Translations under genes and position numbers: made by a program
Source: Clostridiales bacterium GWD2_32_19
Lineage (GTDB): Bacteria; Bacillota; Clostridia; Lachnospirales; UBA12420
Assembly: GCA_001795385.1 (NCBI GenBank)
Contig: MGOU01000021.1
Coordinates: 78,149 to 142,148 of the forward strand
Reading direction: 5' to 3'
DNA: 64,000 nt
The notes under the pieces: generated by a model
What the model was told of the DNA's origin: nothing
What the model saw: only the letters and a program-made list of their open reading frames with translations
The model's database searches: none
Shown: positions 9,573 through 20,128 of the stretch, piece after piece
Position numbering within the stretch: the first letter of the stretch is position 1
How the letters are laid out: the number at the start of each line of letters is the position of its first letter

Positions 9573-11711
9573 TTAGCATACTTCTTCTCCATCACAACCA
9601 CAAACATCATATTCAAGTCTATCTTTAAATTCTTCTCTCTTAGCTTCATGCCAGTTTTGTACTGGTCTGTGGTATCCTACTATTCTTGACCAAACCTCAG
9701 TTTTAGCATTACAGTGTGGACATTCGAACTTTTCTCCTACTATATAACCATGTTCTGGGCATACAGAGAATGTAGGTGTTATAGTAAAGTATGGTATTTT
9801 ATAGTTATTCATTATTTTTCTAACTAAAGACTTACAAGCTTCAACACTTTCAATACGTTCTCCTAAGAAACCGTGTATTACAGTTCCTCCTGTATACATG
9901 CATTGTAAATTTTCTTGTAGGTCCATAGCCTCAAACAAGTCACTAGTATACGTAACAGGTAATTGAGTGCTATTTGTATAATAAGGTGTGTCCTTGCCTG
10001 CTGTTATTATGTTTGGATATAATTTTTTATCAAGGTTTGCAAGTCTGTATGTTACTCCTTCAGCTGGTGTAGCTTCTAGATTATAAAGAACATCTGTTTC
10101 TTGTTGGTACTCAGTTATTACATTTCTCATGTATTCTAGAACTCGCTCAGCAAATAACCTGCCTTTTTCTGTAGATATATCTTCACTTTCTCCGAAAAGA
10201 TTCATTATTCCTTCGTTCATACCATTTAAACCTATAGTGCTAAAATGATTTTTAAAGTATTCCCCAAACCTTGCATACACAGTGTTTAGGTAATATCTAC
10301 TATATGGATAAAGTCCAGCTTGCATGTTTTTTTCTAGTATTTTTCTCTTTACTTCTAAAGAAGCATATGCTAAATCCATAAGTCTCTTTAATTTTAACAT
10401 GAATTCTTCTTCGGTTTGAGATAGATATCCTAGTCTAGACATATTTATAGTAACAACGCCTATGCTACCTGTAAGTGGATTAGCTCCAAATAAACCTCCG
10501 CCTCTTTTTCTAAGTTCTCTATTATCAAGTCTTAGTCTACAACACATACTTCTAGCATCATCTGGTGACATGTCAGAGTTTACAAAGTTTGCAAAATATG
10601 GTATACCATATTTTGCAGTCATTTCCATTACTTTATTAACAATAGGTCTGTCCCAATCAAAATCTTTAGTTATGTTATAAGTAGGAATTGGAAATGTAAA
10701 TATTCTACCTTTTGAATCCCCTTCCATCATAACTTCACAGAAAGCTTGATTTACCATATCCATTTCTTTTGGGAAATCCCCATAAGTATAATTTTCATAA
10801 GGTTTCCCGCCTATTATAGCTGGAACATTTTTTAACGCACTAGAACATATCAAGTCAAGAGTTATATTAGAAAATGGAGTTTGACAACCTACTCTAGTAG
10901 GTACATTCATGTTGAAAACAAACTCTTGAATAGCTTGTTTTACTTGTTCGTAATTCAAATTGTCATAATGTACAAAAGGTGCTAGATATGTATCAAATGA
11001 AGATACAGCTTGCGCACCTGCACATTCATGTTGAAGTGTAAATAAAAAGTTTACAAGTTGTCCTAAAGCAACCCTCAAATGTTTCGCTGGTTTGCTTTCA
11101 ATTTTATTAAGCACTCCCCCAAAACCTCTCATAAATAAATCATCTAGACCCCATCCTGCACAATATGTTGCAAATGAACCCAAATCATGTATGTGTAAAT
11201 CTCCAGTTATATGTGCATCTTTTATAGCTTCAGAATAAACTTTATTTAGCCATATATTCTTAGTTACTTCTTGTGCTATATGATTATTTAAACCTTGCAA
11301 TGAATATCCCATATTTGCATTTTCTTTTACTTTCCAATCACTTTGTTCAGTATACTCAACAAATATTTTCTCAATATCCATAACGAGGGTTTTATTATCT
11401 CTCAATTCTTGATGCTTTGATCTGTACACTATATATTCTTTTGCAGCTTCTTTTTCTCCCATTTGCATTAATGTATCTTCTACAGTATCTTGGATTTCTT
11501 CTATTGTTGGATAATCATCTATACCTCTAGTTTCATACTTTTTATTAATAATGTATGTTACCTTATCTGCTACTACATCAGAAAATCTATTTAAATCTTC
11601 ATGCGTTCTATCTGCATAAATAGTTGAAAATGCTTTTAGAACTGCAATTGATATTTTTGATTGATCAAATACTACTATGTCCAAATCCCTTTTTATAACA
11701 TATTTTACCAT
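9573..11711 (-). CDS. nrdD: Class III anaerobic ribonucleoside-triphosphate reductase with N-terminal ATP cone
   Basis: HIHDL, SMCCRL, EATPAE, Zn ribbon CPEH..CPHC and glycyl-radical motif SRIVGYHRPV. Confidence 0.95.
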   Translation of the reverse strand: MVKYVIKRDLDIVVFDQSKISIAVLKAFSTIYADRTHEDLNRFSDVVADKVTYIINKKYETRGIDDYPTIEEIQDTVEDTLMQMGEKEAAKEYIVYRSKHQELRDNKTLVMDIEKIFVEYTEQSDWKVKENANMGYSLQGLNNHIAQEVTKNIWLNKVYSEAIKDAHITGDLHIHDLGSFATYCAGWGLDDLFMRGFGGVLNKIESKPAKHLRVALGQLVNFLFTLQHECAGAQAVSSFDTYLAPFVHYDNLNYEQVKQAIQEFVFNMNVPTRVGCQTPFSNITLDLICSSALKNVPAIIGGKPYENYTYGDFPKEMDMVNQAFCEVMMEGDSKGRIFTFPIPTYNITKDFDWDRPIVNKVMEMTAKYGIPYFANFVNSDMSPDDARSMCCRLRLDNRELRKRGGGLFGANPLTGSIGVVTINMSRLGYLSQTEEEFMLKLKRLMDLAYASLEVKRKILEKNMQAGLYPYSRYYLNTVYARFGEYFKNHFSTIGLNGMNEGIMNLFGESEDISTEKGRLFAERVLEYMRNVITEYQQETDVLYNLEATPAEGVTYRLANLDKKLYPNIITAGKDTPYYTNSTQLPVTYTSDLFEAMDLQENLQCMYTGGTVIHGFLGERIESVEACKSLVRKIMNNYKIPYFTITPTFSVCPEHGYIVGEKFECPHCNAKTEVWSRIVGYHRPVQNWHEAKREEFKDRLEYDVCGCDGEEVC

Positions 11712-11726
11712 GTTTATATCCTCCTT

Positions 11727-12185
11727 TTATTTTTTGCTATTTAGTAGCTCTGCCAACTCTGTCATAAAAGAGTCAACATCCTTAAATTGTTTATATACAG
11801 ATGCAAATCGGACATACGCAATTTCATCAATGTTTTTCAATCGATCCATCACCATTTCTCCAAGTTTTGAGCTCTCCACCTCCATGTTATAAGCATTATA
11901 TAAAGTGTTCTCAATATCATCAATTATGTCTTCCATTTGCTGTATTGACATTGGTCTTTTATTACATGCTTTAATCAATCCATTTAACAACTTATTTCTA
12001 TCAAAAGCTTCTATTGTGTTATCTTTTTTTATTACCATGATAGGCATAGTTTCTAGCCGTTCGTATGTAGTAAACCTCTTACCACATTCTTCGCATTCTC
12101 TTCTCCTTCTTATAGCCTGTTTTTCATCTATAGGTCTAGAATCTGTAACTTTTGTATCAATGCTTTTACAAAACGGACAATTCAA
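11727..12185 (-). CDS. nrdR: Transcriptional repressor NrdR
   Basis: CPFC...RRRRECEECGKRFTTYE zinc ribbon, ATP cone and AYVRFASVY; TTG start. Confidence 0.97.
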   Translation of the reverse strand: MNCPFCKSIDTKVTDSRPIDEKQAIRRRRECEECGKRFTTYERLETMPIMVIKKDNTIEAFDRNKLLNGLIKACNKRPMSIQQMEDIIDDIENTLYNAYNMEVESSKLGEMVMDRLKNIDEIAYVRFASVYKQFKDVDSFMTELAELLNSKK

Positions 12186-12221
12186 AGTCTCACCACCTTT
12201 TGGTGTTAATTACCAATACAT

Positions 12222-12269
12222 ACACCACATTTTGTATGTATATCAATAATATCAGACCAAATATAGTAT
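12222..12269. promoter_or_regulatory. Proximal tandem NrdR boxes
   Basis: ACACCACATTTTGTAT (12222) and AGACCAAATATAGTAT (12254) resemble the consensus acaCwAtATaTwGtgt and are 32 bp apart, the canonical spacing. Confidence 0.75.
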
Positions 12270-12274
12270 GTCAA
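12246..12274 (-). promoter_or_regulatory. SigA promoter of nrdR-nrdD-nrdG, overlapped by an NrdR box
   Basis: Minus strand TTGACA-N17-TATTAT with TGn extension. Confidence 0.7.
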
Positions 12275-12332
12275 TATCTTTTTTATTACAGACAAGCGTA
12301 AACATGTCAGAATGGTGTAAGTAAAGGAAAAA

Positions 12333-12379
12333 ATAATTTAAAAAAGATGAATTTTGTAAACTCATCTTTTTTAAATTAT
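12333..12379. terminator. Bidirectional terminator downstream of the phe operon
   Basis: ATAATTTAAAAAAGATGA-loop-TCATCTTTTTTAAATTAT. Confidence 0.75.
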
Positions 12380-12424
12380 ACTATATATTGGATGTACTGG
12401 TAAATAAAATACAATATAGTGTGT
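12378..12424. promoter_or_regulatory. Second (distal) tandem pair of NrdR boxes
   Basis: ATACTATATATTGGAT (12378, 13/16 match) and ATACAATATAGTGTGT (12409, 14/16 match), 31 bp apart. Confidence 0.65.
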
Positions 12425-12438
12425 ATTATGTAAACAAA

Positions 12439-13671
12439 TCATCTAAGAATGTACTTTCTTTTTATGAATTTTCCAACCCAAGGCACATCCATATCTTTTA
12501 TGTCTTTCATCGTTCCTGTCAAAAGATATTGATTATCGTAAATAGTTATATCTTGAATTTTTTTGTTGTTTAATTTTGCAATGTTTTCTTCCCATTTTAC
12601 TTTACCATTTTGGTCTATATTAGTAATATGACAATACTCTTCTGATTGGGTTTCCGCATCGTTTCTCTTATTTTTTTCATAATTACTAAATACTATATAA
12701 CTTTCTTTATCATTATATAGTCCTAAATTTTGATAATCAAACGGAAATGTATATATTTTTTCCCATTTAATGTTGCCTTGAAGGTCAAAAGATAGCATTC
12801 TATATTTATTTTTTGATAAACTTTTATTTGATTTTAACATAACAGCAAAACTATCATTTTTCAAGACATCACTTTGTCCTAGTATCGAGCAATCTTTTAG
12901 CTGTTTTTCCCATTTTATTTGCCCCTCGCTATTGATGCTTGCAAGCCAGATATCAATGAATGCACCCCTATATATAGTGCCAGAAACTATTAAATTGTTA
13001 TCTGAATCAACAAAAATATTATTAAGCATTAAATTATCACTTAAGCCATGTTCTATTTTCCAAATAAGAGTCCCATCTTTATTTAGTTTGTACGCACAAA
13101 ATTTAGATTTTCCGTTTTCAATATCATCATACTTATAACCACTTATAATATAGTCATTTCCCATACTAACAATATTAGTCATTATGATTATACTTCCATC
13201 ACTTTTAAATGTTTTAGACCACTGTTCTATATTATTTTTATCTATTTTTTTAACAGAAAAATCTACAGGTAAATCATAAGATGAATTCTCTAGTAACACA
13301 TAACTTTCATAATCTGTTATTATTTTATTAATCTTAAATACTTCATTTTTATTTGAAAATATGTCTATGATGTTATGATTAATAATGTTTCCATTTTCAT
13401 CAATTTTTATAAGCTTGTTGTATACAATATCCTCAGATGATACTTTTTGCTGAATATAAGAATACTTTTTATCTAATTTATTTTCTATGCTTAGGTCATA
13501 TAATAAATCTTTATTATTAATGATATTAGGGTTGTCATCGTTTGAAAGAGGCAATGTGTAAATCCACTCTAGTCGTAATATATTATTTTTTTCATCACTT
13601 TCATATAGCACATTGACTAATATTATGGCTATAACGATAAAAACCCATGTATACTTACTTTTACCCAACAT
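12439..13671 (-). CDS. Membrane-anchored or secreted beta-propeller-like hypothetical protein
   Basis: N-terminal hydrophobic helix and repeated G-x-I-x-W-x-K blades (DGTLIWK, EGQIKWEK, QGNIKWEK, NGKVKWEE); starts 22 bp after pheT. Confidence 0.55.
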   Translation of the reverse strand: MLGKSKYTWVFIVIAIILVNVLYESDEKNNILRLEWIYTLPLSNDDNPNIINNKDLLYDLSIENKLDKKYSYIQQKVSSEDIVYNKLIKIDENGNIINHNIIDIFSNKNEVFKINKIITDYESYVLLENSSYDLPVDFSVKKIDKNNIEQWSKTFKSDGSIIIMTNIVSMGNDYIISGYKYDDIENGKSKFCAYKLNKDGTLIWKIEHGLSDNLMLNNIFVDSDNNLIVSGTIYRGAFIDIWLASINSEGQIKWEKQLKDCSILGQSDVLKNDSFAVMLKSNKSLSKNKYRMLSFDLQGNIKWEKIYTFPFDYQNLGLYNDKESYIVFSNYEKNKRNDAETQSEEYCHITNIDQNGKVKWEENIAKLNNKKIQDITIYDNQYLLTGTMKDIKDMDVPWVGKFIKRKYILR

Positions 13672-13693
13672 TATATCACCTTCTTTTATTGTA

Positions 13694-16078
13694 CTATCTT
13701 AGTTTTGCATCTAACTTTGTTTCTAACTCTTTTATAATTTTACTCATTACAGTGCTCACTTCTTCTTCTGTCAATGTACGATCACTTGATCTAAATACAG
13801 CCCTATACGCTACTGATTTAAGTCCTTCGCCTAATTGAGTACCTTTATATATATCAAACAATTCTACGCTTTCTAGAAGTTCACTAGCGTTTTGCTTTAT
13901 AATAGTCTGAATTTGTTTTACTTGAATCTCGTCTTTGAGTACCAATGCAATATCTCTACTTACTGAAGGGTATTTTGGCAATGCTTTGTATCGTATGTTT
14001 AATTTCACATTATTTATAAGTTCATTCACATTAATACATGCCAAATATACTTTCTTTTCTATTTCATAATTATCAGCAAGTGTTGGATGCACTTCGCCTA
14101 TGTATCCGATAACCTTATCATTAACTACTATATTAGCAGTTTTGCCCGGATGCATATATACTATATCACTACTCGTAATATAGTCTTCACATACACCTAA
14201 TTTTTTCATTAATCCCTCTAGGATACCCTTAATATCATAAAAATCTATATCTCCGTACATACCTATTGTAAGATTCATTACTTCATTTGGAAGCTCAGTT
14301 ATTGGTAGTTCTTTTGCTATATATGTAGTACCAACTTCATATACAAATGCAGATTCATTCCTTTTGTTATAATTATTAGAAAGCGCTAAAAGTACTCCGC
14401 TTAGAGTTTGTGTTCTCATGACACTGAAATCTTCTCCAAGGGGATTAATAATTTTTATTGTTTTTCTTAACTTATCATTTTCAGGTATCATTAGTTTATC
14501 GAGTATTTTAGGGCTTTCAAATGAATAAGTCACAATCTCTGATAATCCTTCTGATTCCATTACTTGTTTTATAATTTTGATTATGTTTTGAGTTTCAGTA
14601 AGCTTACCAATTGTTGTTTCAGATATTATATTTGTTGGCTCTATTTTTTCATATCCAAATAGCCTTGCAACTTCTTCTGCTAAATCTGCATCATGATCTA
14701 TATCCTGTCTAAATGTAGGAATAGTTAAGCGTTTATTACTTTTATCAACTTTAAATTCTAACCTCTCAAATAACTTTATTATTTCTTCTTCTTTTAAATT
14801 AGTACCCAGTAAGTTATTTATTTTTTCTATAGAATAAGAAATAGTCTTTTCTTCTCTCTTGTTTGGATATATATCTATAACTTCTCCTACTACTTCACCT
14901 GCATTTAGCTCTTGTATAAGACTTAACGCCCTATTTAAACCATCCATCGTCAAGTTAGGATCTAAATCTTTTTCATATTTTGATGATGCATCCGTTCTCA
15001 TTCCTAGTTTTTTAGAGTTTACTCTTATATTTGTTCCATTAAAATTAGCCGATTCGAATAATATTGTTTTAGTATCCTCATTTATCTTCGAATTTTCTCC
15101 ACCCATTATTCCTGCTATCCCAACAGGCTTCTCACCATCACATATCATCAGCATAGTATCATCTAAAGTTCTAACTGTACCATCTAAAGTTACAAATTTA
15201 TCTCCTTTAGTTGCATTTTTAACAATTATCTTTTTGTCTTTTACCGTATCTAATGCAAATGCATGCATTGGCTGGCCTATTTCCATCATTACATAGTTAG
15301 TTATATCTACGATATTGTTAATCGGTCTAAGACCCACTGCGCGTAGTCTGTCTTGCATCCATTTAGGAGATGGCTCAATTTTTATATTTTTCACCACTGC
15401 TCCTATGTACCTTCTACATAAATCAGGATTTTCTATTTTTATTGTAATATAATTATTTGCGTTTTCGCTGTTACCCTTTATTTCTTTTAGATTATATGTA
15501 AATGTCTTATCAAATGTAGCTGCCGCTTCTCTTGCAATTCCTACTATACTGTAGCAGTCTTGTCTATTCGAAGTTATTTCGAACTCCACCATGCTATCAT
15601 TTAATCCTAATATTTCCTTTATATCTGTTCCTAGCTTATAATCGCCATTTAAAATATATATCCCGTGCAGAGGTGCATCAGCAAAGTCCGTACTCTCAAA
15701 ACCTAGTTCTTCTATGGAACAAAGCATACCCTCTGAATCTACTCCTCGTAGCTGACCATTATTTATTTTTACTCCACCAGCTAGTGTAGACCCATCAAGT
15801 GCCACAGGTATTAAATCATTTTCTTTTATATTATCTGCACCAGTAACTATTTGCAGTGAAGTACTGCGACCCACATCAATCTTACACACAACTAATTTAT
15901 CAGCATCTGGGTGTTTGTCTATTTTCAATATTTTACCTACCACCACATTTGATATTTCCCCACCTAAATTCTTATATATCTCCACTTTTGAGCCAGACAT
16001 AGTCATGGCATCACAAAAAGTTTTTAAATCACAATCTATATTTACAAAATCCTTTAACCAATTCATTGAAACGTTCAT
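13694..16078 (-). CDS. pheT: Phenylalanine-tRNA ligase beta subunit
   Basis: HPDADKL, EITSNRQDC, NNIVDITNYVM, DLAEEVAR and a C-terminal anticodon-binding domain (RDIAL...SVAYR). Confidence 0.97.
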   Translation of the reverse strand: MNVSMNWLKDFVNIDCDLKTFCDAMTMSGSKVEIYKNLGGEISNVVVGKILKIDKHPDADKLVVCKIDVGRSTSLQIVTGADNIKENDLIPVALDGSTLAGGVKINNGQLRGVDSEGMLCSIEELGFESTDFADAPLHGIYILNGDYKLGTDIKEILGLNDSMVEFEITSNRQDCYSIVGIAREAAATFDKTFTYNLKEIKGNSENANNYITIKIENPDLCRRYIGAVVKNIKIEPSPKWMQDRLRAVGLRPINNIVDITNYVMMEIGQPMHAFALDTVKDKKIIVKNATKGDKFVTLDGTVRTLDDTMLMICDGEKPVGIAGIMGGENSKINEDTKTILFESANFNGTNIRVNSKKLGMRTDASSKYEKDLDPNLTMDGLNRALSLIQELNAGEVVGEVIDIYPNKREEKTISYSIEKINNLLGTNLKEEEIIKLFERLEFKVDKSNKRLTIPTFRQDIDHDADLAEEVARLFGYEKIEPTNIISETTIGKLTETQNIIKIIKQVMESEGLSEIVTYSFESPKILDKLMIPENDKLRKTIKIINPLGEDFSVMRTQTLSGVLLALSNNYNKRNESAFVYEVGTTYIAKELPITELPNEVMNLTIGMYGDIDFYDIKGILEGLMKKLGVCEDYITSSDIVYMHPGKTANIVVNDKVIGYIGEVHPTLADNYEIEKKVYLACINVNELINNVKLNIRYKALPKYPSVSRDIALVLKDEIQVKQIQTIIKQNASELLESVELFDIYKGTQLGEGLKSVAYRAVFRSSDRTLTEEEVSTVMSKIIKELETKLDAKLR

Positions 16079-16109
16079 TTTTGTTTCTCCTTTCTGTTGT
16101 TTTATTTAA

Positions 16110-17138
16110 TTATAGCTTTTCTGCTATCTTCATTATAAGTTTCTCAGTGTCCGCCCATCCTAAGCATGGATCAGTTATTGACTTGCCGTATACACCCTCT
16201 TCTACTTTCTGTGTCCCTTCTTCTATGTAGCTTTCTATCATAAGACCTTTCACCATATTTTTAAGTATTTCGGAATATTTTCTTTTCTTTATTATTTCCA
16301 TTGCAATTCGTGGCTGTTCAGCATATTTTTTACCCGAATTCGAGTGATTTGTATCTATTATAAGTGTAGGGTTTATTAAACCACTTTCAGTATATTCCTG
16401 AGCTGTATTTAGTACATCTTCATAGTGATAGTTAGGTATATTCCTACCATAGTGGTCTACAGCTCCTCTAAGTATTCCGTGTGCCAGAGTATTTCCTGTA
16501 GAACATACTTCTTCTCTATCATATATAAATGTGTGACTAGACTGAGCTGCTTTTATAGAATTCAGCATTACCGATATATCGCCGCACATAGGATTTTTCA
16601 TGCCGGTTGCTATGTCTGCTCCACTTGCTACAAGTCTATGCTGTTGGTTTTCTGTCGATCTAGCTCCTACGGCTAAATAACTTATAAGATCTTTCACATA
16701 CGCATAGTTATTAGGATAAAGCATTTCATCTGCTGCTGTAAGATGAGACTCTTTCATAGCTCTTACATGTAATCTCCTAATTTGTTTAATTCCCTCTAAC
16801 ATATTTTCTTTTTGGTTAGGATCAGGTTGATGTAGCATTCCCTTATAACCCAAACCATTTGTACGAGGCTTGTTTGTGTATATTCTAGGTACTATAAGTA
16901 TATTATCAACTACCTTCTCTTGTACTTTAGCAAGTCTGCTTATATAATCACATACCGAGTCCTCGTTGTCAGCTGAGCATGGACCTATAATAAGCAAAAA
17001 CTTTTTACTTACTCCTGTAATGATATCAGCTATTTCTTTATCTTTCCTTGTTTTTATTTCTTTTAATTCTTTAGTAAGTGCTATTTCACTCAATATTTCC
17101 TCCGGTGAAGGAAGTGTTCTTATAATTTCAAAACTCAT
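16110..17138 (-). CDS. aroF: 3-deoxy-7-phosphoheptulonate (DAHP) synthase, class I
   Basis: IIGPCSA, KPRT, GARSTE, GMKNP, DTNHSNS and SITDPCLGW motifs. Confidence 0.9.
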   Translation of the reverse strand: MSFEIIRTLPSPEEILSEIALTKELKEIKTRKDKEIADIITGVSKKFLLIIGPCSADNEDSVCDYISRLAKVQEKVVDNILIVPRIYTNKPRTNGLGYKGMLHQPDPNQKENMLEGIKQIRRLHVRAMKESHLTAADEMLYPNNYAYVKDLISYLAVGARSTENQQHRLVASGADIATGMKNPMCGDISVMLNSIKAAQSSHTFIYDREEVCSTGNTLAHGILRGAVDHYGRNIPNYHYEDVLNTAQEYTESGLINPTLIIDTNHSNSGKKYAEQPRIAMEIIKKRKYSEILKNMVKGLMIESYIEEGTQKVEEGVYGKSITDPCLGWADTEKLIMKIAEKL

Positions 17139-17180
17139 AAAATTCAATCCTTTCATACAATATAATGAAAATTCAATACT

Positions 17181-18206
17181 TTAAAACTGCTTCAAAAACC
17201 TCACATCATTTTCATAAAACAATCTCAAATCCTCTATTCCGTATTTAAGCATTGCGACTCTTTCTATTCCCATTCCAAATGCAAATCCACTGTATACTTC
17301 AGGGTCTATTCCGCAGTTTTTAAGCACTTGTGGATGAACCATGCCACAACCTAGTATTTCTATCCAACCTTCGCCTTTGCAAACTTTACAACTAGAATCC
17401 TCGCCCTTACATTTAAAGCACGACACATCTACTTCTGCACTTGGCTCTGTAAATTGAAAGTGATGAGGTCTAAATTTAGTTATAGTATCTTCACCAAATA
17501 ATTCTTTTACAAATGTGTTAAGTACTCCCTTTAAGTCACCCATTGTTATACCCTTGTCAACCACAAGACCCTCTAGTTGATGAAAGACTGGTGAATGTGT
17601 GGCATCTACCTGATCAGAACGAAAAACTCTTCCTGGTGCTATCATTTTTATAGGTGGTTTGTCAACTTCCATAGATCTTATTTGAACAGGCGAAGTCTGA
17701 GTTCTGAGTACTATGTTTTTTGTAATATAGAATGTATCTTGCTCGTCTTTTGCAGGGTGATTATCAGGTATATTTAATGCTTCAAAATTGTAATAGTCAA
17801 GTTCAATATCAGGTCCTTCAGCTACTTTATATCCCATACCCATGAATATTTTAGATATTTCTTCTGTTACTATTGATAATGGATGAGCAGTACCAAGTGA
17901 ATGTTTTTTACCTGGTATTGTAATGTCTATCTTTTCATTTTGTAATTTTAAATTTAATGCTTTTATTTCCAAATCTTTTTTAATATCATCCATTTTTTGT
18001 TCTAAAACTTCTCTTACCTCATTGGCAATCTGTCCAATAATAGGTCTTTCTTCAGTAGATAAATCTTTCATTCCTCTAAGTATCTCAGTAAGTTCACCTT
18101 TTTTACCTAAGACTTTTACTTTGACTTCTTCAAGTACCCTCAGGTCTTCTACTTTTTGTAACTCCTGTAATGTTTTAAGTTTAATGTTTTCAAGCAATTC
18201 TTTCAT
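17181..18206 (-). CDS. pheS: Phenylalanine-tRNA ligase alpha subunit
   Basis: [26 protein letters not shown] and [10 protein letters not shown]. Confidence 0.97.
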   Translation of the reverse strand: MKELLENIKLKTLQELQKVEDLRVLEEVKVKVLGKKGELTEILRGMKDLSTEERPIIGQIANEVREVLEQKMDDIKKDLEIKALNLKLQNEKIDITIPGKKHSLGTAHPLSIVTEEISKIFMGMGYKVAEGPDIELDYYNFEALNIPDNHPAKDEQDTFYITKNIVLRTQTSPVQIRSMEVDKPPIKMIAPGRVFRSDQVDATHSPVFHQLEGLVVDKGITMGDLKGVLNTFVKELFGEDTITKFRPHHFQFTEPSAEVDVSCFKCKGEDSSCKVCKGEGWIEILGCGMVHPQVLKNCGIDPEVYSGFAFGMGIERVAMLKYGIEDLRLFYENDVRFLKQF

Positions 18207-18440
18207 AATTTTTATCTCCTTTTTATATTTGGTAGTGTAAAATATTTATAGTACTAAATACTACACTATCCCTTTATATTCAATATATTTTATCAGTATT
18301 ATCTTCCCCTCCCTGTCATTGCGAGGTTTCTTACTAATTATTGAAAAAACAGAAAACATATTAATATTTTCTGGTATATATCGTACTTATATCTTTATAT
18401 TTTCAAAAGTATCTAATTCATAAAATCCTCCTTTTTCATA

Positions 18441-18760
18441 AAACTAAAAAACTCGTCTTTGCTAGTCGTATAAATACAACATAACAAGGACGAGTTTTTT
18501 ACCCGTGGTACCACCTATATTAGTGGCTTGTGACTAGTGACTAGTGTCTAGTGAAATACAGTTTTCACTAGCAATAAGTGACTAATAGCAAGCAACTCTC
18601 TCTTTTTTAACGCTTATAAGCGGTTTTCTTCTACATTTCTTCAAAGGAAACAGTTCAGATGTGAAATTTCGGTTACTACATTGTCTTTAGAAATGTTCTC
18701 AGCCTCTGGCATTTCCTCTCTTAAAAAGATCATAGTATCTACTTTGCATCGTCATAACTT
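18441..18760 (-). ncRNA. Phe T-box riboswitch leader
   Basis: Minus strand: stem I with AGAGA and GGCTGAGA motifs, specifier loop GAAATTTCAC (UUC = Phe), T-box AATATAGGTGGTACCACGGG, and alternative antiterminator/terminator pairings (AAAAAACTCGTC...GACGAGTTTTTT). Confidence 0.92.
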
Positions 18761-18776
18761 TTATTAAATTTGTTAT

Positions 18777-18806
18777 ATTATACCATTAGTATTTTATAAT
18801 TGTCAA
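18777..18806 (-). promoter_or_regulatory. SigA promoter of the T-box/phe operon
   Basis: Minus strand TTGACA-N18-TATAAT with TGn extension. Confidence 0.7.
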
Positions 18807-18840
18807 GCATTTTTTTATGAACCACTAGACACATATTCCA

Positions 18841-18877
18841 AGTCACAAAAACCAGTCGTTAGACTGGTTTTCTGACT
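18841..18877 (-). terminator. Terminator after ftsZ
   Basis: AAAACCAGTC-gtta-GACTGGTTTT inverted repeat at the ftsZ stop. Confidence 0.7.
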
Positions 18878-20000
18878 ATTTTCTTCTTTGCAAAAACAAA
18901 GGTATATCTATTGTTCCTTCTTCTGAACTATTATAGTTATCTACTGTATTTATATCATTATCAGTATCATCTTGCGTAGTTTGAGATCCAGCAAGTTCTT
19001 TTCTTATGTTTTTAAATCCATCTTTCTCAAATAAACTAGATATCGAATTATCAAATCCCGTTGCTATAACAGTAATGATAACTTCGTCTTTTAATGCTTC
19101 ATTTATAGCAGCACCAAAGATTATTTCAGCATTTGGATCAAGCGATTCTTTTATCAAATCAGCAGCTTCATGAGCTTCTAGTAATCCCATGTCTATACCA
19201 CCTGTGATATTTATAAGAACGCCTTTTGCTCCATCTATTGTTGTGTCAAGTAGAGGACTATGTATAGCCATTTTAGCGGCTTTTTCCATTTTGTTTTCAC
19301 CAGAAGCAACACCAATACCCATATGTGCAACACCTTGTCCTGCCATTATTGTTCTAACATCTGCAAAGTCTAAGTTAATGATACCAGGATGAGTTATAAG
19401 GTCTGATATACCTTTAACTCCTTGTCTTAACACTTCATCAGCTTTTTTAAAAGCTGTAAGCATTGATGTACCTCTATCAACTATCGATAATAATTTATCA
19501 TTTGAAATAGTTATAAGAGTATCAACATTTTTCATAAGTTCTCTTATACCTTCATCTGCATTTTCCATTCTCTTTTTTCCTTCAAATTTAAATGGCTTTG
19601 TAACAACACCAACTGTAAGAATGTTTTTTTCTTTTGCTATACCTGCTATAATAGGCGCAGCACCTGAACCAGTTCCGCCTCCCATACCTGCAGTAACGAA
19701 AACCATATCTGCACCTTCAACAGCTTTTGCTATTTCATCGTAGCTTTCTTCTGCTGATTTTTTACCTACGCTAGGATTAGCTCCTGCGCCAAGTCCTCTA
19801 GTAAGTTTTTCTCCAATTTGAATTTTTATTCCTGCTGCTGACTTCTTCAAGGCTTGTCCATCTGTATTGATAGCTATAAATTCTACCCCTGTAACACCTT
19901 CTTCGATCATCCTATCAATGGCATTATTTCCACCGCCACCTACCCCAACTACTTTTATTTTAGCAAGGTTAATATAATTTGTTGTATCTAGCTCAAGCAC
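18876..20000 (-). CDS. ftsZ: Cell division protein FtsZ
   Basis: [11 protein letters not shown], tubulin signature [16 protein letters not shown] and C-terminal [11 protein letters not shown]. Confidence 0.98.
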   Translation of the reverse strand: MLELDTTNYINLAKIKVVGVGGGGNNAIDRMIEEGVTGVEFIAINTDGQALKKSAAGIKIQIGEKLTRGLGAGANPSVGKKSAEESYDEIAKAVEGADMVFVTAGMGGGTGSGAAPIIAGIAKEKNILTVGVVTKPFKFEGKKRMENADEGIRELMKNVDTLITISNDKLLSIVDRGTSMLTAFKKADEVLRQGVKGISDLITHPGIINLDFADVRTIMAGQGVAHMGIGVASGENKMEKAAKMAIHSPLLDTTIDGAKGVLINITGGIDMGLLEAHEAADLIKESLDPNAEIIFGAAINEALKDEVIITVIATGFDNSISSLFEKDGFKNIRKELAGSQTTQDDTDNDINTVDNYNSSEEGTIDIPLFLQRRK

Positions 20001-20054
20001 GTAAAATCCTCCTTTATATAAAACACGTTTATTCTATGTTATAATACTTATTTA

Positions 20055-20083
20055 ATAATACTACTATTTCTGGGAATTTGCAA
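20055..20083 (-). promoter_or_regulatory. Possible ftsZ-specific SigA promoter
   Basis: Minus strand TTGCAA-N17-TATTAT. Confidence 0.45.
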
Positions 20084-20128
20084 GTAAAATGTTACATTTT
20101 TTTTAAATTTTTATAACAGTTTTAAATT

